Source: Epithemia pelagica (lineage: Eukaryota > Protista > Bacillariophyta). Taken from it: 64,000 bases of DNA. The DNA is taken from the NCBI GenBank assembly GCA_946965045.2, contig OX337228.1:3720001-3784000 (forward strand), in the 5' to 3' direction. Made by a program: the position numbers and the translations under genes. Shown in pieces: positions 41,465 through 52,178 of this stretch (positions within the stretch are counted from its first letter, which is position 1; each line of letters begins with the position of its first letter). A model generated the notes under the pieces. It worked only from the letters and a program-made list of their open reading frames with translations. It ran no database searches and was not told the origin of the DNA.

Positions 41465-43726
41465 GTGAATTCCTATACTCGCGTCCCTCGAAATCGGCGA
41501 TTTTCCAACTTTGAGACAAAACCACATTCTGCACAACACATTCATCACGGAGCCAACCTTGTCGTCCATATAACAACCACCATGGACCCTCCCAATCCCA
41601 TCCGACCACATAACATCGTTCCTTCGGCTGTTACAGAACATTCGACGCACTTGGATCCGCACCCTTTCCATCCGACGACGTCCTCCCAGCACACTGAATC
41701 TGACACGGAACGAACAGCCAACAACGAAACGGATGTCCCATCCTATGAAGCCACCATCGATGCCCTTTCCTCATTCAATGCCTTCTCGACCATCCCTTGT
41801 GATCCCTTGTCCAACGTTGGTGACCATAGGAAACTCTCCGAGTCCATAACGATGTGCTTCAGCGATTGGCATGGCAAGACTGCGCGACAATGGCAAATCA
41901 AAGCTTGCGAAGAAGTTCTTTGGCGGCACCTCCACCGCCCGTCTTCTGCCCTTTTGCGTCCTCTACTGCTTGTCCGGTCTACAGGCGGCGGAAAGTCGGC
42001 TGTAAGGGATGTCAGTGGTTTTCTCTGTGGCGGCATTACGTTAACCATAGTCCCTCTGCTAAGCTTGTCAGCCGACCAAACGGCAAAGCTCTCCCAACTC
42101 GCAAGCGATCAACAATTAACCGGTCGGCTACATATTTTTAACCTCGACGTACTCCGATCCAAGTCTCTCAACGACACCCTTCGTTCCAATCTGGAGAACT
42201 TATCGTACAAGTCAGCAACCAGAGTGTCGTTGTTCTCCTCCCCTCAGAAATTGACCAACGACCCCTTGTGGCAAGAAACAATCTGTACTTGCTTCCGGAA
42301 CGGTACCCTCCGGTTGATTGCGATCGACGAATGCCACCTTTATGCCTCCCATGGTGTGGAGTTCCGATCGGAATTCAGCGAGTTGAAGAAGGTTCTTTTC
42401 GCAGTTGCCAACCGGCGGATCATCAAAGAACCCGTCCCAGTTCTTTTCATGACAGCTACCGCTTCCTCTTTGATGCTCCACGATCTTGAATCATTGACCG
42501 GTCTCTCTTTTCACCCAACCGACGACCTTGTGTGGCCGCGACACCATTCCGGTGTCCAAAGACGCAACATCTTTCTTGATTTGACGTTCCAAGACTCGCC
42601 CCTTCGGCGAATCAAAAGGGACGTTGTAAAAACCTGCCACGCCTCTGGAGGTCGGAAAGTTATGGTTTATTCTAATTCGAGAAAGGCCATCACTCATCTC
42701 TACGAGCAAACCCGTTCTCATCTGAATATGCTCGGCATACAGAAAGACCTATTGCTTGTTCACGGCCTTATGTTCCGTGAACAAAAGTTCCATAACACGG
42801 AGCTGTTTGTGGGGAAGCCACTAGTGGAGGAATGCCCCAGCTCGAAACGGATCCTGCGCTTCAACCCAGTGGCTTACTTTGCAACTGCGGGTACTTCGAG
42901 CTCAGGTGTAGACTGCCACGAAGTTGACCGTGTGTTGTTTCATGGATTTCCTCAGTCCATAGAGGATCTCCTACAATGTTCTGGGCGATGTGGCAGAGGC
43001 CCGGACGCCACTGCCCATAATTCTTCGTTCTGTCTCATAGTCAGTCTGAACAGCCTTGTGTCCCTTCTTACTCGAATCTTTATCTTACCCAAGTATGCGA
43101 CAGAACAAAACATCAAGCAACCCCCTTCCAGCGAAGCAACAAACTCTATTTTCTCTCGTGAAGCTCTTGCTATCCGTCAATGGTATAATGTCCGCCAAAT
43201 TCTTGCTATCTTGTGCTTGGATGATGGTCAGTGTGTCCATTACCGTCTTGAACAAGAGATGCTTCATCCTCATAGCGATTCGGTTTGTGATCTACCAACG
43301 CATTGCGCTGGGGCCTGCTGGCGCTGCCGTACACCTCGGATTGCCACACCTTTTGATGCTCCTATCAATATCCAACAACTCAAACGATACCTCATTATGA
43401 TGTTCATTACCCAAAAGCTTCCCCCCTCCCAACTGCTCCTACACAAGGATGTCTTCCTTGATGCCGTGATTGGATTCGAAACGGTCAATGCTGAAGGAGC
43501 CTCGACACGAGTCTTTCCTAAATCGGTGTTTGGTGTCACCACCAAACATGTCATTAAGCAACGAACGAAAGCGCTCATTTTGAAGTGTTTCTGTGCTGGG
43601 ATCCTTGAACCCGAAGTAGATGGTTCCAAGTTGCTCGCTAAACTCGGGTACTGCTCCAATGGCAATCCACGCCTAAATGACCCAATGATCTGGCAAGGAT
43701 TCAAGGAACTCGATCCATCGGTCTAA
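41465..43726 (+). CDS. Transposon-borne RecQ-like SF2 helicase (likely ATG at 41581)
   Basis: Walker A RSTGGGKS, IAIDECH, FMTATA, FATAGTSSSGVD and LQCSGRCGRG; C-terminal Cys cluster (C...CAGACWRC) resembling the RecQ zinc-binding region. Confidence 0.88.
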   Translation: MNSYTRVPRNRRFSNFETKPHSAQHIHHGANLVVHITTTMDPPNPIRPHNIVPSAVTEHSTHLDPHPFHPTTSSQHTESDTERTANNETDVPSYEATIDALSSFNAFSTIPCDPLSNVGDHRKLSESITMCFSDWHGKTARQWQIKACEEVLWRHLHRPSSALLRPLLLVRSTGGGKSAVRDVSGFLCGGITLTIVPLLSLSADQTAKLSQLASDQQLTGRLHIFNLDVLRSKSLNDTLRSNLENLSYKSATRVSLFSSPQKLTNDPLWQETICTCFRNGTLRLIAIDECHLYASHGVEFRSEFSELKKVLFAVANRRIIKEPVPVLFMTATASSLMLHDLESLTGLSFHPTDDLVWPRHHSGVQRRNIFLDLTFQDSPLRRIKRDVVKTCHASGGRKVMVYSNSRKAITHLYEQTRSHLNMLGIQKDLLLVHGLMFREQKFHNTELFVGKPLVEECPSSKRILRFNPVAYFATAGTSSSGVDCHEVDRVLFHGFPQSIEDLLQCSGRCGRGPDATAHNSSFCLIVSLNSLVSLLTRIFILPKYATEQNIKQPPSSEATNSIFSREALAIRQWYNVRQILAILCLDDGQCVHYRLEQEMLHPHSDSVCDLPTHCAGACWRCRTPRIATPFDAPINIQQLKRYLIMMFITQKLPPSQLLLHKDVFLDAVIGFETVNAEGASTRVFPKSVFGVTTKHVIKQRTKALILKCFCAGILEPEVDGSKLLAKLGYCSNGNPRLNDPMIWQGFKELDPSV

Positions 43727-43769
43727 CAAACTTTCTTAGTATTAACTACGAAATACATCGTCCATTTTT

Positions 43770-45734
43770 TCACGTTTCCATGTCCTCCTTGTACGAAGCC
43801 AGCATATCCATGCAACGGTCTAGACGATTTGCAACGCCTGTTGTCTCCCTTGTATTCTCTGTCCATTCCACGTTCGACTGATCCTCCTCCATACCTTCCA
43901 GCCTATGGTAAAGCTTGTAGCGCAGGAAATGATGGTCTCTTTCCTTTCGCGCTGCATCCCATTGAAGGGACGTTACAACTTGCTTTTCCCCCATACGTTC
44001 CACGGCTCCTGCAATAAAATCTGTCGTTGCCATCCTATTCATCTCCACAACCTTCATTCCCTTTATTGATGATTTCTCACGTAGTGTCTCCTTTGGTGAA
44101 TCTTTCTTATCCACGGAATTGTCTGTCTCTGGAGCACCGTCACTTCCCTCATCATTATCATCGTTGTCATCATCTTCGTTCGGAATTTCGTCTGCCTCCG
44201 CCTCCATATCATCAACTTGGGTTTCTTGCACTTCATCCTCGTCTCTTTCGTCTCGGACTTCGTCATGTTCCATGTTGCTTGTTGCCTCGGTATCCTCCAT
44301 CGTAACTGTTGTATCAACAACAGTCTCTTCGTCCTTGTAGTAACAAGGAGCATCCTTCTCGACTTCGACGAATACCGATTCGTCGTCACTAAAGCACGTG
44401 AGTTCATGGTTTATCGATGAACCATCGTCATCCATTACTTCAGCCAAGTCTATCTCTGAGTTCTCATCTGTTGTATCGCCCTCTTCTGCCCCATTCTTGC
44501 TCCCCTCCTCTTCATCTGGACCCTTGTCTTCATCTTCCTTGCACCGTTTAGATTTCCTCATGTTACGCATCATTGCGTCAACTTTCACTAGAACATACTT
44601 GTCCACCGCGTCGTTTTCAATTCGACCTTCGCCATTACGCCTCACTTTCTTATGTACCTCCATTGTCGTCGCATCCAAAGCCCTCCAAAAGCGGTCTTTG
44701 TCGACCACAATATTGAGGTTCTCCCTTACTTCGTGGCATTTCGCAAGCGTCAAAATTTCTGTCACTAGAACACGATTCAATCGACTGCTTGGACGAGTTG
44801 TTGTTTTATTGCGTTGTCCTGGGTCCGCCAGTGGTCCAGTCTCAGTAGTATTCGTGTCAATGTCAAACGAATTCTCTAACGACCGTTCGTTGTATTCGTA
44901 CTCAGCGTCGGCTCTCGTACGAGTGTAGAATTCCACGAAATGCTTTGCCCTCTGGCAGGCAGTGAGCATTTTGGAAACACGAACAAACGAAGCCTCAGTT
45001 CCGTTATGGTTCATACCTTTGAAAAAAGGCATTAAGCGCTCCATAATCTGGTCAAGCGCACTCTCTTTCTGGAACGTGTAAGGTGACCCTTTCTTTTGAA
45101 GTTTGGTTCTGTTGAGCCTGATGAGTTGCAGGATAGAAATAGGGATTCGATGATAGTACATCTCAATAAGACGAAGCTGAGTAGCGAACGATTTATGTTT
45201 CTTTGTTGCGTAGAGTACTGGCAAATAATCAACAACAACAGCTTCCATTGTCACCGCATCACCTTCTTGTTCTGCTTTACAAAATGCCAGGTACTTTCGC
45301 ATAACAACCAGATAGTTGCATAGGTACCGGTGCAACCAGTCCTTTGTCTCACGGACTTGGCGGTGCAAATAAGCCACGTAGTCGTTGGCTACAAAGATAG
45401 CCAATCCATCTGGCCCTTGTGATTTGAGGATTCGCTCAATCTTTCCAAACGTCATGGTTCTGTTGATGAAGATGTCAACCATAAGACGATCCAGTTCCTC
45501 GAAAACAATAACGGCAAGTCGATGAGCTAAACGATAGGTGTGTGACACATCTTGGGCATCGAGACGCTTCCATTTGAGCCTGTGCTGGAAGCACTGGAGG
45601 AAGCCTCCATAGAACAAGCGGTAAACGGAATCCAACATATGAAACCTAACATGTAGGTCTCCGTTAATAGGGACAATCCGGTGTAGGACCTGAGTGATTG
45701 CCATGGCCTGTCGGTATGCATTGCGAAATGACAT
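43770..45734 (-). CDS. Academ-like (DUF6589-like) transposase, apparently N-terminally truncated, with acidic tail
   Basis: IVPINGDLHVRFHML and ALDQIMERL resemble the G[LF]H and D...E motifs of Academ transposases. It lies inside the TIRs, opposite the helicase. The assignment is from recalled motifs, not a search. Confidence 0.6.
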   Translation of the reverse strand: MSFRNAYRQAMAITQVLHRIVPINGDLHVRFHMLDSVYRLFYGGFLQCFQHRLKWKRLDAQDVSHTYRLAHRLAVIVFEELDRLMVDIFINRTMTFGKIERILKSQGPDGLAIFVANDYVAYLHRQVRETKDWLHRYLCNYLVVMRKYLAFCKAEQEGDAVTMEAVVVDYLPVLYATKKHKSFATQLRLIEMYYHRIPISILQLIRLNRTKLQKKGSPYTFQKESALDQIMERLMPFFKGMNHNGTEASFVRVSKMLTACQRAKHFVEFYTRTRADAEYEYNERSLENSFDIDTNTTETGPLADPGQRNKTTTRPSSRLNRVLVTEILTLAKCHEVRENLNIVVDKDRFWRALDATTMEVHKKVRRNGEGRIENDAVDKYVLVKVDAMMRNMRKSKRCKEDEDKGPDEEEGSKNGAEEGDTTDENSEIDLAEVMDDDGSSINHELTCFSDDESVFVEVEKDAPCYYKDEETVVDTTVTMEDTEATSNMEHDEVRDERDEDEVQETQVDDMEAEADEIPNEDDDNDDNDEGSDGAPETDNSVDKKDSPKETLREKSSIKGMKVVEMNRMATTDFIAGAVERMGEKQVVTSLQWDAARKERDHHFLRYKLYHRLEGMEEDQSNVEWTENTRETTGVANRLDRCMDMLASYKEDMET

Positions 45735-46091
45735 GCGACGACGACGACATGGAGGAAGGCATATCAGGGAGCGGCACCTCCACTGCCGTGATAAAGGAGG
45801 TGAGATTGTGTGTGTGGTTTGGAGTTTTGTCTCAAAGTTGGGAGTTTCAGGACGCGCCGTGGGGGTGAGAAAGAGAATTCACATCGAAATTTCCACCCCC
45901 GCTGGGGGGTAGGATAGGAATTACGGATAGGAATTACGGATAGGAACACACGCGGCTCGCGCGCTCGTTTTTCGCCATCCCATCTCGAGTGTTGTCGCAT
46001 TTTTTGCGAAGCGAAGATCAAAGATATCTTTTCCATTTTCTTTCTCGCATCTCCTATTGACTGCAAGCTCTGACTGTTGCTGCTGAAGAAG

Positions 46092-47132
46092 ATGGGAAAC
46101 GCGGCATCATCAACGATCAATGATGACGAGATGACGCAAACAACACTTATCTTGGTCGACTGCCAGAAAGACTTTCACCCAGGTGGAAGTTTGGCTATTC
46201 CCACCGCCAACGACGACGCAGAAAGGATTGCGCAACTCATTAAAGACAATGGCACCAAAATCAATCGTATCATTGCTACCATGGACACTCATCTGAAGTT
46301 ACATATTGCTCATCCCTCGTTTTGGGAAAAGGGTTTGTCAGACGAGGATGCCCAAAACCTGCAGAAGCAACACCCAGACCCCTTCACGATCATTACGGCA
46401 CAGGATTTGAAGAATGGTGTGTGGAAACCTCGAACGGATTTGGTCTTACCGTGCGACAACTTGCATCAAATAATGGATCCCACTGTATTTGAGGGCTTGT
46501 CGGATGTCCTGATGCATTCGAGCGAAGGAAAAGACGATGCAACATCGCAGAATGATGCACCAGAATTGGACATGGAGAAGTATTGTATTGAGTATGCCAC
46601 TCGTTTGGAAAAAGGAAATCAGTTCCAGATTTGCGTTTGGCCCGAACACTGCTTGCAAGGATCGGATGGACATGGTCTTGTCCAGGTAATTCAGGAGGCG
46701 CTGCACCAATGGAGCGAGCAAACAGGACGTAGTGTGGAATTCGTTTGCAAAGGGCAGAACATCCTGACGGAAATGTATTCTTGTTTCAAAGCCGAAGTCC
46801 CTGTATCGGCGGAAACAGCCTTGAACACGGCATTGTTGGACTCTGTGTTGACAGGGGGTTCAAAAGGTGGACAACATCCACAACATATTCTTGTTTGTGG
46901 GCAAGCCATGAGCCATTGTGTAAACTATACAGTGAGAGACATGGTGGATTACTGGGAAACTACATCTACTGCGACAACGAAACCGAGCGAACGGACTACG
47001 CAGATTGCGGTCCTGACGGATTGCGCTTCTGCCGTCCCTGGATTTGAAGATGCGGCCGAAACCTTTTTAAAAGATATGAAAACCAAAGGTGTACATCTTC
47101 TCACAGCTGCTCAGGCATTCCCGTCGTCCTAA
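46092..47132 (+). CDS. Nicotinamidase/isochorismatase-family cysteine hydrolase
   Basis: Motifs LILVDCQKDFHPGGSLAI, ATMDTH...HIAHPSFW, VWPEHC, FVCKG and GQAMSHCV. Confidence 0.9.
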   Translation: MGNAASSTINDDEMTQTTLILVDCQKDFHPGGSLAIPTANDDAERIAQLIKDNGTKINRIIATMDTHLKLHIAHPSFWEKGLSDEDAQNLQKQHPDPFTIITAQDLKNGVWKPRTDLVLPCDNLHQIMDPTVFEGLSDVLMHSSEGKDDATSQNDAPELDMEKYCIEYATRLEKGNQFQICVWPEHCLQGSDGHGLVQVIQEALHQWSEQTGRSVEFVCKGQNILTEMYSCFKAEVPVSAETALNTALLDSVLTGGSKGGQHPQHILVCGQAMSHCVNYTVRDMVDYWETTSTATTKPSERTTQIAVLTDCASAVPGFEDAAETFLKDMKTKGVHLLTAAQAFPSS

Positions 47133-47388
47133 ACCATGGTTTGGAAAACAAAAGTAGTGTTGCCAGGTTGGTGATTCGTATCCATAGAAAATCGCAAGAA
47201 GAACGGCGTTGACCGGTATTCAATTCTATACAGTATGAAATCTCGCCGTGCAAAGTTAATTCTGTCAGCACGTCACCATTGTATAGCATATATTCATCTA
47301 TTTACGTTCATTTAGGCGCTTTTCATAGAACTTTTACTCACTTTGACCAAAAGCATCTTCTGCTATCTGGTGAAGCATTTTTCTAACA

Positions 47389-48714
47389 TCAAAACGGATG
47401 TTCAAGCAATGGGATACCAATGGAATCAACGCTTTCCACGCAAGCATAGTATCCATGCCCGGGGAACTGTTCATGATTCTTCCCCACTAGTTCAATTTCA
47501 ATGACATTGGCCAGAACCCCAACGCCAGCACCAATGACGGGGAACTTGAATTCATATGGGTTGTCACTGTTGGGAGGCAGGACAAATGGTTCTGATTCAA
47601 ACACTGGACGGAGTCCCTCAAGTGTAGCGTCAATGGTTGCTTGATCCGGACGAGCACGAGACAAGCCCATGCGGGAGGGGAAGACGTCACCATGGTTGTC
47701 GTTGGCAGTCGGACTCGAAATTGGAAAGCTACACGGAAACGACGGTGATAGAGCGGAAATATATGAAGCTTTTTCTTTTGATGGAGGAGACTGTTGTTGC
47801 TCGTCTGCATTGGAACCTCCAGTAGAATGGAACTCTCTCAAATTGAGTGCTGCACCATGACCTGGTCGTTGCGTGAGCAGAAGCTGCTGGATAGGCAACC
47901 GATACGCTCTGATCGTAGTTTGCCGCCAGGTGTAACACAGATTTCGATTGATTGGATCAGCCAATGGCTTTATCCGTAGACTGGTCAAAAGAACCAAAGG
48001 ATGCCGAGTGGCAAACAATAAGGTTTCTTTTGAATCCTGTCTAGGGGACGGCTTGGAACTCCACCAATTCTTGTGTTCGCGTCGTCGGAATCGACCAAAT
48101 AATCCCAGGGCACCGGGAAGTCGAGATAGAGCAGACAAGGCACTTCTCGGATCGGCATCAGCTAGATGCTGGGTGACGAATCCGTCCAATATATCCGGAG
48201 TACTGTTTTGGTCCTCATGCACCGGTAGCACATTGCGAAGTTCTTCGCCAAAATGATCAGTTGTCGAAGCGACACAGCACCGGCGATGAAAAAAGTCACA
48301 TACTGCACCATATTCGAGATAAGCTGCTTCCTTTGCGGTTGGAAAAACCGACTGGGGACGTACCATTGGCGGTAATTTCAGACCTGTGGAAGAAGAATCG
48401 GCGTTGTGACTTCCACTGTTCTTGGCGTTCGGGAGATCGGCCTGACACCCCGCGATTGCTGAAACGGTGGCTTTGTACAGACAAATTCGTTGAATTTGAT
48501 GCATGTTGAGTTCAAGGTCTCCTTGTTGGCATTCATTATCCTTGTTATGACCGTTTTTGTCATGCTGTGGAAGGAGAGGATGATTGTGCCAAAACTGGGA
48601 ACTGGAAAGCACAGCAGACCATCTCTTGCAGACTACTCCAACGCGACACAAGAGATCTTGTGGTGGCACGAAAACAAAGACGCTAAACAGCAGTTCTTCC
48701 GACCACTCGTCCAT
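47389..48714 (-). CDS. F-box protein
   Basis: N-terminal EWSEELLFSVFVFVPPQDLLCRVGVVCKRWSAVLSSSQFW matches the F-box consensus. Likely ATG at 48714. Confidence 0.8.
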   Translation of the reverse strand: MDEWSEELLFSVFVFVPPQDLLCRVGVVCKRWSAVLSSSQFWHNHPLLPQHDKNGHNKDNECQQGDLELNMHQIQRICLYKATVSAIAGCQADLPNAKNSGSHNADSSSTGLKLPPMVRPQSVFPTAKEAAYLEYGAVCDFFHRRCCVASTTDHFGEELRNVLPVHEDQNSTPDILDGFVTQHLADADPRSALSALSRLPGALGLFGRFRRREHKNWWSSKPSPRQDSKETLLFATRHPLVLLTSLRIKPLADPINRNLCYTWRQTTIRAYRLPIQQLLLTQRPGHGAALNLREFHSTGGSNADEQQQSPPSKEKASYISALSPSFPCSFPISSPTANDNHGDVFPSRMGLSRARPDQATIDATLEGLRPVFESEPFVLPPNSDNPYEFKFPVIGAGVGVLANVIEIELVGKNHEQFPGHGYYACVESVDSIGIPLLEHPF

Positions 48715-49207
48715 GACCAAATTGGTTTTCTTCAAAAGATTTTCACGATGAAACCTGTGGCGATAGCCAAAGGACTTTGAAATGCCATCAGAATCAGACG
48801 TGCGTCTGTTGTTCTGTTGAGAAGAAATTCGGCTCATTCATCGGCACTCGGCACCTCGAAGAACCTCGAGCGGTGTGGCTAGCAGGACTTTCTGTTCATT
48901 TGGGACAGGTAGGAGTGCAAGGAGTAGCTACTCGCCTAACAGGAGGTAGTTTGATGAACCAGTTTTTGTTGACATACTCGTAGGAGTGCTACAAAACACA
49001 CCAGAGGGGAGCAGTCAATGACTATTCTACATGTAGACACAATTTTTGCGCCTTATGTTATGGTACGGAGTGAAGTCGAAGAAGGATGGATAGTAAACAG
49101 TGCAGTCGTTATTTTGTCGTATCTCTCTGGAGAAAGGGACGTCGTGCCATGAACGTTGCTGACCATGAAAAACCTAAACGCGACAAATAGCAATGAGGAA
49201 TGATGGA

Positions 49208-49660
49208 TTATTTTGTGTGATTGGGTTTTGCAGTTCCAGATGCTTGTTCCGAAAGACGAATAATGTTGTCGAGGCCTGCCTGGGTACCTTGAGCGATTTG
49301 CTTAGACCCGGCCGCACCGGCCATAGCTCCCAGAATACCCGTGAGACCAAATGTATAGGCAATTTTGGTCGTCTGCTCGGGCGATTCTTCCAATAGGATG
49401 GTTCCTTTTACCCCAATGGCGCCGCCCAAGAACTTGCCTGAGAAAGTTAGAGACTTTGGCTCTTCCACGTCCGAAAGAACAATAGGAAGCATCTTGTCAT
49501 CGTTCATATGAAACTTGAACGTCGTCCCACTTTCACATCCACCAGAAACGTCCTGCATTCCTTTTATGTCAATATCCCATGTTTCCCACTTCATTGGCTT
49601 GAAGCATGTGTCCCAAATCATTTGTGCCGAAGATTTGGCAGTACCTGTTATTTCTATCAT
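49208..49660 (-). CDS. SRPBCC/polyketide cyclase-like protein (paralog 2)
   Basis: MIEITGTAKSSAQMIWDTCFKPMKWETWDIDI...SGGCESGTTFKFHM aligns with 40745-41227. Confidence 0.75.
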   Translation of the reverse strand: MIEITGTAKSSAQMIWDTCFKPMKWETWDIDIKGMQDVSGGCESGTTFKFHMNDDKMLPIVLSDVEEPKSLTFSGKFLGGAIGVKGTILLEESPEQTTKIAYTFGLTGILGAMAGAAGSKQIAQGTQAGLDNIIRLSEQASGTAKPNHTK

Positions 49661-50057
49661 CGTCCAACGCTTCCACTGCAACAAAATTTGACTGTTCTGT
49701 CTTCTGAGCGCCAGTGTGCTTTTGGTTTCGCTTCTTTGTTATTTGTTTGTGGCATCTGTTGCATTGTGCCAAAGGTTCCATTGAGATTCGACGGCCGAAT
49801 GATCCTTTTTAGTCATGTATTCTTATGACTGACAAGTGCGATCGAAAGAGGAGAGTCCCCGCCCCGGCGCCCGCACCTCTTCGCCCCGATCGCCTGCGTG
49901 ACACGGACATGGTCCTGATCCCGATTCGACGTGACATGCGAAAACACACAGAGGATCGTTTACGGATATTAGAGCAAACCATCACGCAACAATTTTTGTT
50001 TGTCCATGGAATCCATGGAGCTCCAGAAAATCGAAAATAGAAATTGAAATCGCAGAC

Positions 50058-52115
50058 ATGAGCAGCATTGGTGGAGGACAGCGAAGAAAGGTAAGTTGGC
50101 CTTGCCATAGAAGCAGTGAGGATTACCGGTATCGCGATCAACTCTTGTTCTCTGAGACGGTCTCTCACGCATTCGCTTGCTGGATTCTATCTCAGCCCTC
50201 CGGGGTAGGTGGTAAAGATCAGACTCGCTTGAAGATCGAAAGGATGGAAGCTGAACGTGAAGAACGACGCAGAGCAATGCAGGAAGTAAGTCGGACTGGT
50301 TCTACATGAGCATTCACGAATACGAATACGAACTCACTTTACGCTATGTTGTTGTCATTTATACTTTTTAGCGTAAGCAACAGCGAGCTGCGGAGGAGAA
50401 GGCAAATCGTGAAGCTGGAAATCCAGGCGATGTTGATTTTATTGGCATGGTTCGTCGCTGGCGTAAAGATCATGAACACGAAGGTAAACCTCACGAAAGC
50501 AGCATCATTGATAGCAACAACATTCGGACCCATCCAGCGCTGTGTATATGTGTAAGGAAGCGTCCTTTGAGTGATAAGGAGCGATCGAAGCAAGACCATG
50601 ATTCTGTAACGGTGCTAAATCCTGCGGTGTGGATTCACGCTGCGAAACTGCGTGTCGATGGAATCACAAAGTACCTCGATCACACCTCTTTTCAATTCGA
50701 CTATGCCTTTGATGAGGAGAGCAACACCGACAATATCTATCATACGACCGCGCGACCCTTGCTTGAATTCGCGTGTCAAGGAACGGGAGGTCGAGCGACC
50801 ATCTTTGCATATGGTCAGACAGGAAGTGGGAAAACTTACACAATGTCGGGTATCCAAAACTATCTCGTGGAAGACTTGTTTCAGCTGATTCAGGAACCTC
50901 AGGATACAAACAATGACGATGATGACTGGTGTACTGTGGACAACTGCCGTGTAGTTGTGTCTTTTTTCGAACTTTATGGAGGCTGCATTCAAGATCTCCT
51001 TAACCAAAGACAACGTCTTAAAATTTTGGAGGATGGCAAGGGTGAAGTTGTGATCACCGGATTGGTTGAGCGACCAGCAAATGATCCTCGCGAGTTGCTG
51101 GATGCCTTGGCCGAGGGCAATGATGCTCGCACAACACATGCTACGGAGGCGAACGATGAAAGTAGTCGATCACATGCCATTTGCCAAATCATGCTTCGAG
51201 ACGTGTACACAGACAAGATGCGCGGCAAAATAAGTCTTGTCGATTTGGCAGGCAGTGAGCGCGGAACCGACACAAGGGCCCACAATTCCCAACGACGCGC
51301 CGAATCCGCTGATATAAATACGTCCTTGCTTGCGTTGAAGGAGTGTATCCGTGCCTTAGATCGTAACAGCAAAGAAAACAGTACCAAGGATAGTCGGGAG
51401 AGGCATGTTCCGTATCGCGGATCAAAATTGACTCTCATTCTGAAGGATTGCTTCACTTCGGCTAATGCCATGACGACTATGATTGCCACCGTGTCCCCCG
51501 GAGTATCCTCAGTGGATCATTCTCTAAATACGCTGAGATACGCTGACCGCATCAAAGAACAAAAGGTTGGGAGTAGCCATGGCACGAACAACAGGAACGT
51601 TATGATTCGGGTCAAACGTAAAGGGAACGATGGCGGTACGTCATCCTCGACAGACCTGACCACGAATCAGTTTGAGAACGAGAGAGCTCAGGTTTTGGCA
51701 CCAACTTCCAGTGCAGAGGAAGATGAACTACAGGAGCTTGTTGAGTACCTGTTGGAAGAAGAAGTAGAGATTTTGCATCTCCATTTGGAGTAAGTTTGGT
51801 TTGACCATGTGACACTGTGGCATACAAAGGATTTTCTAACATCCTTGTCATCTTGTAAGGACTATCCGACAAAATGCTGAAATACTTACCGAGGAAGGCG
51901 ATATGATGGCCAATATTCAGCAAGTCACCTCGTCATTTCACTACAATAATCAAGATGTCGACGAATACATGGATTCGTTGGAAATCATGTTGGATCGCAA
52001 GGAAAAATTGGCGATCGCTTTGCAAGAAAAGATGGCCTTGTTTCGAAATAATTTGCGGAAGGAGCAAGAGTTAGCCGCCCGAGTATCTTCGGCAACAACA
52101 ACATCGCAACAGTAA
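50058..52115 (+). CDS. Kinesin-13 family motor (multi-exon; exon boundaries approximate)
   Basis: Motifs ICVRKRPL, FAYGQTGSGKTYTM, SFFELYGG, NDESSRSHA, LVDLAGSERG and HVPYRGSKLT; internal motor with an upstream neck and a C-terminal coil exon (51903-52115). Confidence 0.9.
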
Positions 52116-52178
52116 AGTGTACGATGCCTAATCATTCGGCTTTCGGCTCCGAAATCCATATGATGAAGTTGATGGGAC

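Larger units (their letters stand above)
41436..45911. mobile_element. AcademH-like DNA transposon (TIRs, 10-bp TSD, helicase plus transposase)
   Basis: Perfect 16-bp terminal inverted repeat TACCCCCCAGCGGGGG (41436-41451 / 45896-45911). It extends imperfectly to about 87 bp and includes an exact 18-bp inverted match (41505-41522 / 45824-45841). 10-bp TSD GGATAGGAAT (41426-41435, 45912-45921). Two convergent ORFs. Confidence 0.85.

Noticed and set aside
41465-43726. Host RecQ DNA-repair gene
   Set aside because: It is enclosed by TIRs and a 10-bp TSD, lacks recognisable HRDC or other host domains, and has divergent motifs V and VI.
49825-50040. 71-aa ORF upstream of the kinesin
   Set aside because: No recognisable domain and no clear splice link to the kinesin exons; it may be UTR or promoter sequence.
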